Origin: an uncultured Pseudomonadota bacterium
Lineage (GTDB): Bacteria; Myxococcota_A; Polyangia; Fen-1088
DNA length: 64,000 bases
Reading direction: 5' to 3'
Assembly (NCBI GenBank): GCA_963729535.1
Contig: CAVSOL010000025.1
Coordinates: forward strand, 1,646-65,645
The notes under the pieces were generated by a model that saw only the letters and a program-made list of their open reading frames with translations, was not told the DNA's origin and did no database searches. Positions 46,465 through 56,140 of the stretch are shown one piece after another. A program made the translations under genes and the position numbers. How positions within the stretch are numbered: position 1 is the first letter of the stretch; the number at the start of each line of letters is the position of its first letter.

Positions 46465-47141
46465 CTACCGCCCACCGATGTGCGGTGACACCGGTCCGCC
46501 GTGACGAGGTCTACTTGGTTCGCCGCAACCTGGCGGCGGATTGATGCCGAGGATGAACACGTTCTGTTTCAGCTCAGCGTCCCACACCACGCGCTTGACG
46601 TCCGGGGCCTTGGGGCCGTCAGACTGCCAGTGAAACTGAGTCCAGTGCCCGTGGTCCAGCGCCCAGAGACGAATCCCCACGTCACCGGATTCTGCCCACA
46701 GTCGATCGTCGGCATCCCATTGGATCCGCAAGCGGAACCAAGTTGCGAAGGTGGTGACTGACTCGAACGCCGGCTGTCCCAACGTGGTTGGCACGATGCG
46801 TACGCGCAGCATTCGTCAATCAGCGGGCGCCTGAGCGTCGACCGGACCAGTTCGGCGTAGTACCTTCCCGAAGGCGAAGGCGAAGGCGCTCCTTTGGCAA
46901 TGGCTGCGCCCGAATCCCCAGTATCTTTGGTGGTTCCGGAGTTTGTCTGTTGGTCCATTGTTGGTTGCCGATGCTGGCTAGATGAGTGCCGACTGCAGCC
47001 CGGGGCGACCAGCAAGAGAGCGGCAAGCTGCAGCCACACCCATCGCGCCAGCCACTCTGCTCGTCGCCTGCGCGCGACGGCGGCGACCCGGTAGGGGCCC
47101 TGGACGTCGATGCGGTGACAGCCGTGTAGGGTCAGCCGCAT
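46465..47141 (-). pseudogene. Lipoprotein-like gene read in two frames (frame change near 46812), or two short overlapping genes
   Basis: Signal WLQLAALLLVAPGCS, then ...GRYYAELVRSTLRRPLID in one frame. LRVRIVPTTLGQPAFESVTTFATWFRLRIQWDADDRLWAESGDVGIRLWALDHGHW follows in another frame. Confidence 0.4.
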
Positions 47142-47295
47142 CGGCGGATAGGACTTCAAGCGGCCTCTTGGGCCGATAATAGTCCCTTCCCTTCCGTCAA
47201 CCCACTGCCCCTCGTTCGTGAAGACGTCGGTGCCGTACCTGCCACGGTGGGCGCGCCACCTGGCGGCGATCGACTGCACCTGTCCGTGAGGCCCT

Positions 47296-47828
47296 TCAGT
47301 CTCGGTTGATCCGCAGCACGAAGAGGTCGTCGCTGGTGGCCACGCCTATCTCGCCGGCGTCGGGCGAGAACGCCCAGAGTCATCGAACGTCGCGATCGAT
47401 GAGTCACGCTGCAACACCATCACAATCCGCTGCCCGTTCGTCGCGAGCGCGACGTCCGCGGGCAGGTCGCCGTAGACGACGCTCGCGACGACGCCCCCGC
47501 CGCGCACGGTCGTCAGGCGAACGCCGGCCGCGTCCTCGCAGCGGACGACCACGCCGTCCGCTGCCGGTGCCGCCGCCACCCCCGTGATGCGATGGCGCAC
47601 GGGCGCCGCGTAGCTCGCGGTCGTCCGGAGGTCGGGGAAACCGGAGTCGGCTTGCGGTTCGGAGGCAATCGCGAGCCGGACGGAGTCGTAGTGCGCGCGC
47701 ACGAGGACGCACGGCGCCGTCGTCCAGAACAGCTTCGCGGTGTCGCCGCCCGGCGATCCACACCAGCGCGACACGACCAGCCGTTTGCCGGACCGATAGC
47801 GATCGAGGCGTTGCGGGATGCGAGTCAT
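47296..47828 (-). pseudogene. Beta-strand-rich hypothetical gene with one frame break near 47370
   Basis: MTRIPQRLDRYRSGKRLVVSRWCGSPGGDTAKLFWTTAPCVLV...IVMVLQRDSSIATFDDS, then WAFSPDAGEIGVATSDDLFVLRINRD* in the adjacent frame. Confidence 0.4.
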
Positions 47829-47898
47829 CGGGTTTCCTACGCCGCGATCCTACAGCACGAGCGGTTGACCATCGCCACGCGTTCGCGTCACCCTGTCG

Positions 47899-47953
47899 CG
47901 GCAGGGGCCGTAGGGCCCAGGGGAGAGAGTTGCCGGAGAGCCCTATTATCGGC
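47899..47953 (+). repeat. Copy 2 of the 55-bp direct repeat
   Basis: CGGCAGGGGCCGTAGGGCCCAGGGGAGAGAGTTGCCGGAGAGCCCTATTATCGGC; about 5 mismatches to copy 1, same orientation, 2.2 kb away. Confidence 0.85.
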
Positions 47954-48192
47954 TCGACGGACCGTCGCTACGACTTCGCGCTCGTTCACGTAGACGTTTG
48001 AGAGCGATCCGGATCGGACGTACGTCGAGACCGACACCGTCGCGCCGGAGACGGCGTACGGCCGGTCGAAGGCGGCGGCGTTCCTGTTCGCCAACCTGGA
48101 GCGTATCACCGTCCTGCGCACGTTGGTGTTTGTGCGGCTACGTGCACCCACGGCGGCGCAACACGATCGACGATGTTCTGCAGTTCGCCGGC

Positions 48193-48291
48193 AAAGTGGT
48201 GTGCGAGGTCGCGTTCACGGAGTGGACCGGCCGCGGCCGCATCCGCCATCCATCGTTCCAGGACATGCGCGTCGACAAGAGACCACGGGAC
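48193..48291 (+). pseudogene. Fragment of the C-terminal OB-fold end of an ATP-dependent DNA ligase (LigD/LigC-like)
   Basis: KVVCEVAFTEWTGRGRIRHPSFQDMRVDKRPRD matches the conserved ligase C-terminus (aEV.F.EwT.dG.lRHPsF.glR.DK). No adenylation domain lies upstream. Confidence 0.5.
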
Positions 48292-49281
48292 GGTGAAACG
48301 CGAAGTATCATCCGAGCTCGAATGACTTCCGGCCGGAGGCGTGTCTTCGTGGCGATGCTCCCGATACTGCTGCTGCTGGTGCTGGAGAGCGGATGTTCGT
48401 TCCTGTTCGTTCGGGCCCGCCGCCGCCTGCCGAACGCATGCGAGGTTACGACTGCACGCGCAGCAGGGTGGTGCCAGTGATCGACGTCGGATTGGCGGCG
48501 CTCGCGCTGGCGGTCGCCAGCTATGCCGCGCTGGCAAGCGACGAGGAATGGAGCCGCATGTCTCCCAATTCAAGATCGGTCGCGATTCCGCTCGGCATGG
48601 CGTGGACAGCGGTCTACGGAGTTCCGCGATCATCGGTTTTCGTCGCACCGACAGTTGCCGGGAAGCCGTGAGCCTCGACCCTGGCAACTACCAGCGAGCC
48701 CGACACCTGCGGCGCCAGCGGCGCGCCGAGGAGGCCGCCGAGGAGGAAGCCGTGCAACAGCGGCTCGAGGAACAACAGGAGGCCGAGGAAGCCGACGAAG
48801 CGAAGGCCAGGTGATGGCGGCCGCGGCCCAGCCCGTTGAACACTCAGGGTGGAAACGATAGTTGAGAAGCGCCGCCCAGGCCGGAGCAGGTGTATGAGCT
48901 ACAGGCCAGCCTGCCGGGGCGGCGGCCCCGCCCGCGCAATCCCGTCAATGGCGCTGTCACCCTGCGCCTCTGCCGGAGCAGTTCTCGGGCCTTCCGGAGC
49001 CGGCGCGCCCGTCGATGCGTACTGGAACCGAATGCAGTACGCGCCGCGGTTTCAGTGGACCTTGACGTCCGACTCGGGCACCAACCACCGGCGCGCCATC
49101 CATCGATTCGCGCACGATCGAGGACTTGCCGGCCGCGCTGGCCTTCTCAGCGCGTCGGCCGGGATCTTCCCGACATCAGGACCACGAACGACCCCTTCGA
49201 TTCCGTCTTGCAGAACTTGATGAAGCGAACGTCGCGATCAAAATCGATTCCCGTCAGCGCAGCGCCGTTTGCACCGGACGA

Positions 49282-49491
49282 TTAGATCAGGCGGCCGGCG
49301 ATCTCTCGAAGCGGTCCCAGCGCCGCGCGATCGAGCGTGGCCGCGACCGTGCACCCGGTCGGCAAGCTGCCTTCGGCGTTGACGGGGTGCCTGAACGCGC
49401 GGAAAGAACCGGTCGACCGGCCGCCGCCCCGCTTGCAAGCCGCGCCCGCGATCGCCAGAACGGCAAGCAAGACGACGGCCTCACGTCCCAA
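49282..49491 (-). CDS. Small lipoprotein-like ORF; protein-like sequence continues past its TAA stop
   Basis: TTG start overlapping the upstream gene; LLAVLAIAGAAC lipobox. After the stop the same frame reads SGANGAALTGIDFDRDVRFIKFCKTESKGSFVVLM. Confidence 0.35.
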   Translation of the reverse strand: MGREAVVLLAVLAIAGAACKRGGGRSTGSFRAFRHPVNAEGSLPTGCTVAATLDRAALGPLREIAGRLI

Positions 49492-49942
49492 CGGGATCCC
49501 CTTCGGTAACACGGCACCCGAGCGCCGCCGGACATTGGTCGTTCGAATACTGGTCGCAGAACTTCTTGACGGGAATCCCGGTGCACGCGGACCAGACGCA
49601 CGGGAAGTTGCGGTCCGGATACGGGGCCTGAACGAAGGAAAAGTCATCGCACGCCTGCGGATCGGTTATCGAGGGACATACGCTCGTACACTGCTGACCC
49701 GCCCAGGCACAGGCCGAGGTGGTGGTCGCCTCGCAGGTTTGTTGCGACCCCTGCTCCTGACACTTCGTATCGACGGCCGTGAAGGCGAACAGGCATCCGG
49801 GCACGGGCATGCAGCCCGGGACGGTCTGGCAGTGGTCGGCCTGGTTCGCGCACGTGATGGGCTGCCCGGAACAACGCTTCGTGCTGCAACCCGAGACGAT
49901 GCCCAACCAGGCGACGAGCGCGAAGTACGAGGCCGTTCGCAT
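49481..49942 (-). CDS. Cys-rich lipoprotein (unknown function)
   Basis: MRTASYFALVAWLGIVSGC lipobox; about 20 Cys in 135 mature residues. Confidence 0.6.
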   Translation of the reverse strand: MRTASYFALVAWLGIVSGCSTKRCSGQPITCANQADHCQTVPGCMPVPGCLFAFTAVDTKCQEQGSQQTCEATTTSACAWAGQQCTSVCPSITDPQACDDFSFVQAPYPDRNFPCVWSACTGIPVKKFCDQYSNDQCPAALGCRVTEGDPVGT

Positions 49943-49955
49943 GAGATCACTGTAG

Positions 49956-50323
49956 CTCACAAGCTTTCCAACGGGCTCAGCTCGGCCCCGGGCTCCCACA
50001 CACACCGGGGTTCCCCAGCGCTCACCGTCGGAGCTGGTGTTCCCGCGGCCCGACGGGAAGATGTATCCGGATACGACGAAGCTCGAACCCGTCCTGCGGC
50101 GCGCGCTCCGCCGCGCCGGCATCATCGTCGGCTATCGACACAATTGCCGGAAGCAGGCCTGCGGCCACGTCGAGGCGGCGACGGATTCCAGCATCCGCCG
50201 CTGTCCCACGCACGGCACCTGATGTGGGTGACGAGCTTCGTCCGCCCGATCCGTTTCCATGACCTGCGCCACACGACGGGCAGCTTGCTCGCGATGCTTG
50301 GAGTGATTGGTGTGGACGGCTGA
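49956..50323 (+). mobile_element. Remnant of a tyrosine recombinase/integrase (C-terminal catalytic region only, frame-broken, lacks the Tyr motif)
   Basis: ELVFPRPDGKMYPDTTKLEPVLRRALRRAGIIVGYRHNCRKQACGHVEAATDSSIRRCPTHG, then in the next frame VRPIRFHDLRHTTGSLLAMLGV (the HxLRHT box). The ORF ends shortly after, and no N-terminal domains are present. Confidence 0.6.
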
Positions 50324-50380
50324 TTGTCTGTAGTGACTCGGCGACCAACCAGCCAGCTTTCAGATCGATCAGGCGGGCTG

Positions 50381-50700
50381 CTATGCAGCTCGCGCACCTA
50401 CACGAGCTCGATTGACACCCGCGGCCTGCACCAGCTTCCGGGCCCGCCGAATGTGCGAAGCGACGGTGCCGTCCGGAAGCTTCAAGAGCGCCGCGACCTC
50501 GCTGCGGGGCATCTCTTCGAGTTCGTGAAGAACGAATACCTCGCGCAAGGACTCGAGATGGAGCGTTTCGTCCACGCCCATGGTCGCAAGATTGCCCAGT
50601 TCCAGCAAGAGTCCGCGGAGAGGTGCGGCGAAAATCCGCTGGTGTTGCGTAAACAAATACCGAATGGCGAGTTGGAAGATCGCTCCATGGTCGCCGTCAT
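50381..50700 (-). pseudogene. N-terminally truncated ECF sigma factor remnant
   Basis: Region 4 HTH (VFVLHELEEMPRSEVAALLKLPDGTVASHIRRARKL) and region 2.4-like AIFQLAIRYLFTQHQR are present. Regions 2.1-2.2 and a credible start are absent, and the 5' end runs into the protease gene start. Confidence 0.5.
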
Positions 50701-50706
50701 TAGGGC

Positions 50707-53700
50707 ATGTCCGACCCCAAGCTCGCCCCGCGCTCGCGCGCTCACAATTCCGTTTCACTCCAAATCGCCGCTTTCGCCTTCGCCTTGATCCCGTTCGCGA
50801 ACGGGTGCAGGGGGCCCGCCGCCGACGAGCCTGCCGTGACAGTCGAGACTTCAGCCCTCGTGGCGCCGAACGCGAGCGCCCCTCCTGCGAATGGCGTGCC
50901 CGCTGCCGCTCCCGCGAAGACCCCTCCCGGAAAGGCGGCCCTCGCCGCGCCACCGAGCACCGCTCCCGCGAAACCGACCGTCTGGGTCATCCTGAAGAGC
51001 CAGGTGAACCCGGCTCCGGCCGCGCAGGGGAAGGACTGGAAGGGGAAGGGCCAGGCCGTCTTCAACACGTTGACCGCCAACGCGTCGAGCTCGCAGGCCA
51101 GCCTGAAAGGCTTTCTCGGCACGCGAAACGCGAAGTTCAAGAGCTTCTGGATCGTGAACACCGTGAAGGTGACGGCCGATCAGCAGACGATCGATGAGAT
51201 CGCGAAGCGCTCGGACGTCGCCCGCGTCGTGCCCGACTCGAAGTTCACGCTCCCGCCGCTGCAGCCCAACGCGGGCCAAATCAACGTCGTCGAATGGAAC
51301 ATCGCCAACATCCATGCGCCGGAGGTGTGGGAGCAGTTCGGGGCGCGCGGCGATGGCATCGTGGTCGCGAACATCGATACCGGCGTCCAGTTCGATCACC
51401 CGGCGCTGGTCAACCAGTATCGCGGCAACCTCGGCGACGGGATCTTCAATCACAACTACAGCTGGTTCGATCCGGCGAACGTCTGCGGGTTCCCGTCGGT
51501 GGTCCCGTGCGACAACGTCTTCCACGGCACGCACACCATGGGCACCATGGTCGGCGACGATCTGAGCGGCAATCAGATCGGTGTTGCGCCGGCTGCGCGC
51601 TGGATCGCGGCGAAGGGCTGCGAGACCAACTCGTGCTCGTTCGATTCGCTCCTCAGCGCCGGTCAGTGGGTGCTGGCGCCCACTGACTTGAATGGCCAGA
51701 ATCCCCGGCCCGACCTGCGGCCGCACATCGTGAACAACTCCTGGGGCGGCGGACCCGGCGACGTGTTCTACCAGGCGACCGTCCAGGCCTGGGTCGCGGC
51801 AGGCATCTTCCCCGCTTTCTCGAACGGGAATGCGGGACCGAGCTGCGGCAGCGCAGGGTCGCCCGGCGACTACCCGGAGTCGTACGCGGTCGGCGCCTAC
51901 GACATCAACAACTTCCTCGGGTCCTTCTCCAGCCGCGGTCCCGGATTCGACGGCGGGATCAAGCCGAACATCGCTGCGCCCGGCGTCGACGTTCGCAGCA
52001 GCGTGCCGGGCAACGGGTATGAAATCGTCTCGGGGACGTCGATGGCGGCCCCGCACGTCGCCGGATCGATCGCGCTGCTGTGGTCGGCGGCGCCCACGTT
52101 GGTGGGTGATATAGCGGCGACGCGCGCGCTGCTCGATCAGACGGCCATCGACACGCCAGATTTCAGCTGCGGCGGCACGGCAGAGAACAACAACGCATTT
52201 GGCCAGGGGCGCCTCGACGTCCTCGCCGCCATGAACCAGGCGCCGACCGGGCCCACCGGCACGCTGCAGGGAACGGTGACCGCGAACGGGACTCCGATCG
52301 CGCGCGCTTCGATCCATGCGCAGGGACCGGCCGACCGGACGACGGTCAGCGATCCGGCCGGTGCGTATCGTCTCAGGCTGCCGGCCGGAGCTTACACGCT
52401 CACGGTGGATGCGTTTGGGTACGAGACGCTGACGATCCCGGGCGTGAACATCGTGGCCGACACCACGACCACCCGGGACGCAGCGCTGGTCCCGGTGCCG
52501 TCGTTCCGACTGTCGGGCACGCTCGTGGACAACACCGGCGTCCCCGTCGTGGGCGGCCAGGTGTCAGTGGTCGGCACGCCGCTGGCTCCCGCGGTGACGG
52601 ACGCAGCGGGGCACTACAACTTCCCGGCCATTCCAGCCGGAACTTACGACGTCACCGGTTCGGCTCCGGGCGGGTGTTACACGTCGTCCACCACAGTGGT
52701 GACGCTCACCGCCGACACGACGGCGAACTTCACCATCGATCTACGCCCTGACCCCTTCGGCTACTTCTGTCGGCTCACAACGAGCGACTATTTTCAGGCG
52801 AACACGCCGACGGGGCTGTTCGGGGACGACGCGCTGGCGGAGGTGCCGCTGCCGTTCAACTTCCCGTTCTACAGCTCCAGCTTTTCGTCGGTGAACGTCA
52901 CGACAAACGGGGTCGTGAACTTCCAGCCGACGTTCGCGTACTACGGCAACGTCGGCATTCCCGACCCGTTCGAGCCGAACGCGGCGATCTTCACCTTCTG
53001 GGACGACCTGTTCGTCGACAGCACGTCCATGGTCAACACCGATACGTTCGGTACCGCACCGAACCGCGTGTTCGTCGTCGAATGGCGAGACGTCTCGCCG
53101 CTCGGACGGCCGGACCTGCGTATGAGCTTCGAGGTCCAGCTCGGCGAAAGCGGCAGCATCGTCATGCGGTATCAGAACGTCGAGCCCGATCCGTTCCAGC
53201 GCGGCGGCTCCGCGTCGATCGGTATCGAAGACGAGACCGGTACGACGGGGCTCCAGTTCGCCTTCATGCAGCCGATCCTCGCCAACAACCTGGCGGTCTC
53301 GTACATCTTGCCTCCGTCGGGCTTCGTGCGCGGAACAATCACAGACGCGGACGCGGGGACGCCGGTGCCGGGCGCGACCGTGACGGCGCTGCAGGGGACT
53401 GCGGTGATCCGGCAGACCAGCGCCGACGGAAATGGCGCGTACGTGCTGCATCTTCCGGTCGGCGCCTACACCATCGAGGCGACCGCCACGAACTACAGCG
53501 TCGAGCGCCGGTCGGTGAACGTGACCTTGAACGCCGACGTGCAGGCCAACTTCGCGCTGCATACCGGGCGCGCCGCTGTCACACCGCCAAACATTCAGCT
53601 GACCGTGCCGGTCAACCAGTCGCGCACCCGCCAGCTGACCTTGTCGAACACGGGCTCGGCGGGCTTCACGTTCACGATCAACGAGTCCGGCGGCGCGCGG

Positions 53701-55185
53701 CAAACGACGGTATCCACCGTACGTCTGGCGAAGAACCCGAGCTTCAGCCCCAACGCGAGGGACACCCGTGCGCTGTTCGCGCCGGGGATCCAGGCGACCG
53801 GGATGGCGCCGCTGGCAGCGGGCGACGTCCTCAAGTCTTTCCCGCCCACGGGCATGGGGTTTGCCTGGGGCGTCGGGTTCACGTCCAACCTCTGGCTCAG
53901 TGACGTCGCGACGCCGTTCCGCGACGTCGAGTTCACCGTCGACGGCGCTGCGACGGGCCGTCAGTTCCTCATACCCTGGGTGGATCCGTTGGGCTTCGGC
54001 GCTGACCTGGCGTACGTGCCGAACCGTGGGCTGCTTTGCCAGGTCAACGTGGGCGGCGACAACGGGATCTACTGCATGGATCCCGCCACGGGGAACGTCG
54101 TCAGCTCGATTACCGGCGCGTTCGCGTGGACCGGGGTCTCTCAGCGCGGCCTCGCCTATCGATCGGACGACGACAGCTTCTACATCGCCGGCTGGAACGA
54201 CGGCACCGTCTATCACGTCGCCGGCCTGGCGAGCGCGCAACCGGGCGAGGTGCTCGGGACGTGCCGGCCGGGAGACGGCAACATCTCCGGCCTGGCGTAC
54301 AACTCCTCGGCCGGGGTGCTGTGGGCGGCCACCAACAGCCCGACTGACACCATCTACGAGCTCAATCCGAGCGACTGCACGGTCTTGTCGACGCTTGCCC
54401 ACCCGCAGCCCGGCTTCCAGGGCGGCGGTCTCGAGATGGATGACGCGGGCAATCTGTGGATGATCGCTCAGTCGCCAAACCGCGTGTTCCTCGTCGACAG
54501 CGGCGTACCCGCGTTCTCCGACGTCCCCTGGCTTTCGGTGAGCCCGACGACGGGGACGGTGGCGCCCGGCACGCAGCGGTCGCTGACCGTCAGCGTAAAC
54601 ACGACCGGCCTCACGCCCGGGCTCTACCTCGCGAGCATCTTCGTGGGGACGACCGCAGCGCACCAGACGCAGATCCGAGTCCCCGTCAGCCTGTACGTTC
54701 CCGACTACCAGCAGTCGGTCAATGCTGGCAGCGGCGTCTACGTCGACACGCTGGGAGATCCGTGGGCCGCGGACCAGAAGTACGCGACCGGGAGCTGGGG
54801 CTACGTCCAGAAGGGCAAGGTCGTGACCACCAGCAAGAACATCACCGGCACACCGGATCAGCCCCTGTTCAGGACCCAGCGCAGCGATCCCTACGGGTAT
54901 CGCTACGACAACGTTCCCAATGGGACGTACCAGGTCGAGCTGCGCTTCGCCGAGCTGGAACCGAAGGAGAAGATCGGCAAGCGGCTGTTCGACGTCATCG
55001 TCGAGGACTCGCTGATTCTCCCCGCGCACGACATCGTGTACGAGGTCGGCACGCTCGCCGCCGAGAGCCGCACGTTCTTCCTGAACGTCACGGACGGCCG
55101 GATGGATATCCGCCTGATTCCGCGGGCCGGCTCGGATGCGCCCGTGATCAACGCTGCACGCATCACCCACCGAACGGATCGATAG
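50707..55185 (+). CDS. Subtilisin-like (S8) serine protease with I9-like propeptide, CarboxypepD_reg-like modules, large beta-rich region and C-terminal malectin-like domain
   Basis: VVANIDTGVQFDHPAL (Asp), HGTHTMGTMVG (His), NSWGG, SGTSMAAPHVAGSIALL (Ser). GTVTANGTPIARASIHAQGP...AGAYRLRLPAGAYTL repeats. C-terminus DPWAADQKYATGSWGYV...YRYDNVPNGTYQVELRFAELE...RLFDVIVED. Confidence 0.9.
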   Translation: MSDPKLAPRSRAHNSVSLQIAAFAFALIPFANGCRGPAADEPAVTVETSALVAPNASAPPANGVPAAAPAKTPPGKAALAAPPSTAPAKPTVWVILKSQVNPAPAAQGKDWKGKGQAVFNTLTANASSSQASLKGFLGTRNAKFKSFWIVNTVKVTADQQTIDEIAKRSDVARVVPDSKFTLPPLQPNAGQINVVEWNIANIHAPEVWEQFGARGDGIVVANIDTGVQFDHPALVNQYRGNLGDGIFNHNYSWFDPANVCGFPSVVPCDNVFHGTHTMGTMVGDDLSGNQIGVAPAARWIAAKGCETNSCSFDSLLSAGQWVLAPTDLNGQNPRPDLRPHIVNNSWGGGPGDVFYQATVQAWVAAGIFPAFSNGNAGPSCGSAGSPGDYPESYAVGAYDINNFLGSFSSRGPGFDGGIKPNIAAPGVDVRSSVPGNGYEIVSGTSMAAPHVAGSIALLWSAAPTLVGDIAATRALLDQTAIDTPDFSCGGTAENNNAFGQGRLDVLAAMNQAPTGPTGTLQGTVTANGTPIARASIHAQGPADRTTVSDPAGAYRLRLPAGAYTLTVDAFGYETLTIPGVNIVADTTTTRDAALVPVPSFRLSGTLVDNTGVPVVGGQVSVVGTPLAPAVTDAAGHYNFPAIPAGTYDVTGSAPGGCYTSSTTVVTLTADTTANFTIDLRPDPFGYFCRLTTSDYFQANTPTGLFGDDALAEVPLPFNFPFYSSSFSSVNVTTNGVVNFQPTFAYYGNVGIPDPFEPNAAIFTFWDDLFVDSTSMVNTDTFGTAPNRVFVVEWRDVSPLGRPDLRMSFEVQLGESGSIVMRYQNVEPDPFQRGGSASIGIEDETGTTGLQFAFMQPILANNLAVSYILPPSGFVRGTITDADAGTPVPGATVTALQGTAVIRQTSADGNGAYVLHLPVGAYTIEATATNYSVERRSVNVTLNADVQANFALHTGRAAVTPPNIQLTVPVNQSRTRQLTLSNTGSAGFTFTINESGGARQTTVSTVRLAKNPSFSPNARDTRALFAPGIQATGMAPLAAGDVLKSFPPTGMGFAWGVGFTSNLWLSDVATPFRDVEFTVDGAATGRQFLIPWVDPLGFGADLAYVPNRGLLCQVNVGGDNGIYCMDPATGNVVSSITGAFAWTGVSQRGLAYRSDDDSFYIAGWNDGTVYHVAGLASAQPGEVLGTCRPGDGNISGLAYNSSAGVLWAATNSPTDTIYELNPSDCTVLSTLAHPQPGFQGGGLEMDDAGNLWMIAQSPNRVFLVDSGVPAFSDVPWLSVSPTTGTVAPGTQRSLTVSVNTTGLTPGLYLASIFVGTTAAHQTQIRVPVSLYVPDYQQSVNAGSGVYVDTLGDPWAADQKYATGSWGYVQKGKVVTTSKNITGTPDQPLFRTQRSDPYGYRYDNVPNGTYQVELRFAELEPKEKIGKRLFDVIVEDSLILPAHDIVYEVGTLAAESRTFFLNVTDGRMDIRLIPRAGSDAPVINAARITHRTDR

Positions 55186-55196
55186 ACGCCGAAGGT

Positions 55197-55227
55197 GCGC
55201 GCCCCGGTCGTTCCGGGCGGGGCGCGC
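55197..55227 (+). terminator. GC-rich hairpin after the S8 protease gene
   Basis: GCGCGCCCC...GGGGCGCGC 9-bp stem beginning 12 nt after stop 55185. Confidence 0.5.
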
Positions 55228-55462
55228 GCGACTGTGACCTGTGCGTCGCAGCGCGTGTCAGGTACGACACGGCCGTCAGATCCCGGACGGGCACCATCGG
55301 TCAGGCGGGTGTGCGCCATCACCGCAAAGCTAGGCGTTGAGCCCGAATGAGCTTGATTGTGAATCGCTAGTGTTGTGAGACTCCCTGTTGACTGGTCCGG
55401 CAGATGGATTGCATGGGATCTCTGCCGACAGAACGTTTGGTCAACAGCGGTGTGGGGAGTCC

Positions 55463-56089
55463 ATGTATCAGCGTCGTGGTGGTGCTTCGTTCGATGTCGT
55501 CGACGAGTATCGGCTGGCGGGAGTAGGACCGGGCGACGACGGGGCCCTGAGTTATGACGCACGAACCGTCGGCGATGTGTTGGTCGCCGAGTACGGAGCG
55601 CTCATGACCTACGCGCGTCGCCTGACCGCCAACGGTCCAGAAGCGAGAGACCTGGTGCAGATGCTCTGTGCCAGGGTCCTCTCACAAGGCGCGACCGTCG
55701 TGAGGCTCGACAATGTGTCGGCCTGGCTCCGCACGGTATTGTTCAGGCTCTTCGTCGACTTCAGGCGACGTGCCAAACGGGAGATTCCTACCCATCTTGC
55801 CGCTGTCGAGCTGCTCGCACCGGACGTCGATCCTGACGTCCATCGTGAACCGGCGCCGACCGTCGACGATGTCCGAGCGTTGCTGACTGCGCTTCCGAGG
55901 CATTACCGCGTGCCCTACGAGATGTTTTCATTCGAAGGGAAGTCATACGAGGAGATCTCCAGTCAGCTGGGGCTTCCATGCCGAACCGTGGGAACGCGGA
56001 TCAACCGCGCGCGAAAGAAGCTGCGCGGCCTACTCCAAGTACGCGACGTGCAGTCGCTCGGCGCAGCGGCTCCGGGCCGTCCGCGATGA
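55463..56089 (+). CDS. ECF sigma-70 factor
   Basis: Region 2 (ARDLVQMLCARVL...AWLRTVLFRLFVDFRRR) and region 4 (EMFSFEGKSYEEISSQLGLPCRTVGTRINRARKKL); start ATG 55463 or upstream. Confidence 0.8.
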   Translation: MYQRRGGASFDVVDEYRLAGVGPGDDGALSYDARTVGDVLVAEYGALMTYARRLTANGPEARDLVQMLCARVLSQGATVVRLDNVSAWLRTVLFRLFVDFRRRAKREIPTHLAAVELLAPDVDPDVHREPAPTVDDVRALLTALPRHYRVPYEMFSFEGKSYEEISSQLGLPCRTVGTRINRARKKLRGLLQVRDVQSLGAAAPGRPR

Positions 56090-56140
56090 AACCTACGGAC
56101 CGGGCCGTCGCAAGTACCTGCTACGAATTAGCTTTTCGAG

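Noticed and set aside
48848-48875. Similarity between GTGGAAACGATAGTTGAGAAGCGCCG (48848) and the minus-strand GTGGAGACGATCGTTGAGAAGCGCCG near 57250 (both translate VETIVEKRR)
   Set aside because: Only about 26 nt match, the flanks are unrelated, and neither frame is demonstrably coding. I treat it as coincidence unless more copies exist.
52741-55170. 809-aa antisense ORF inside the S8 protease gene, plus 28035-29828 minus inside the giant gene
   Set aside because: Shadow ORFs with an Arg/Asp/Val-rich composition and no motifs.
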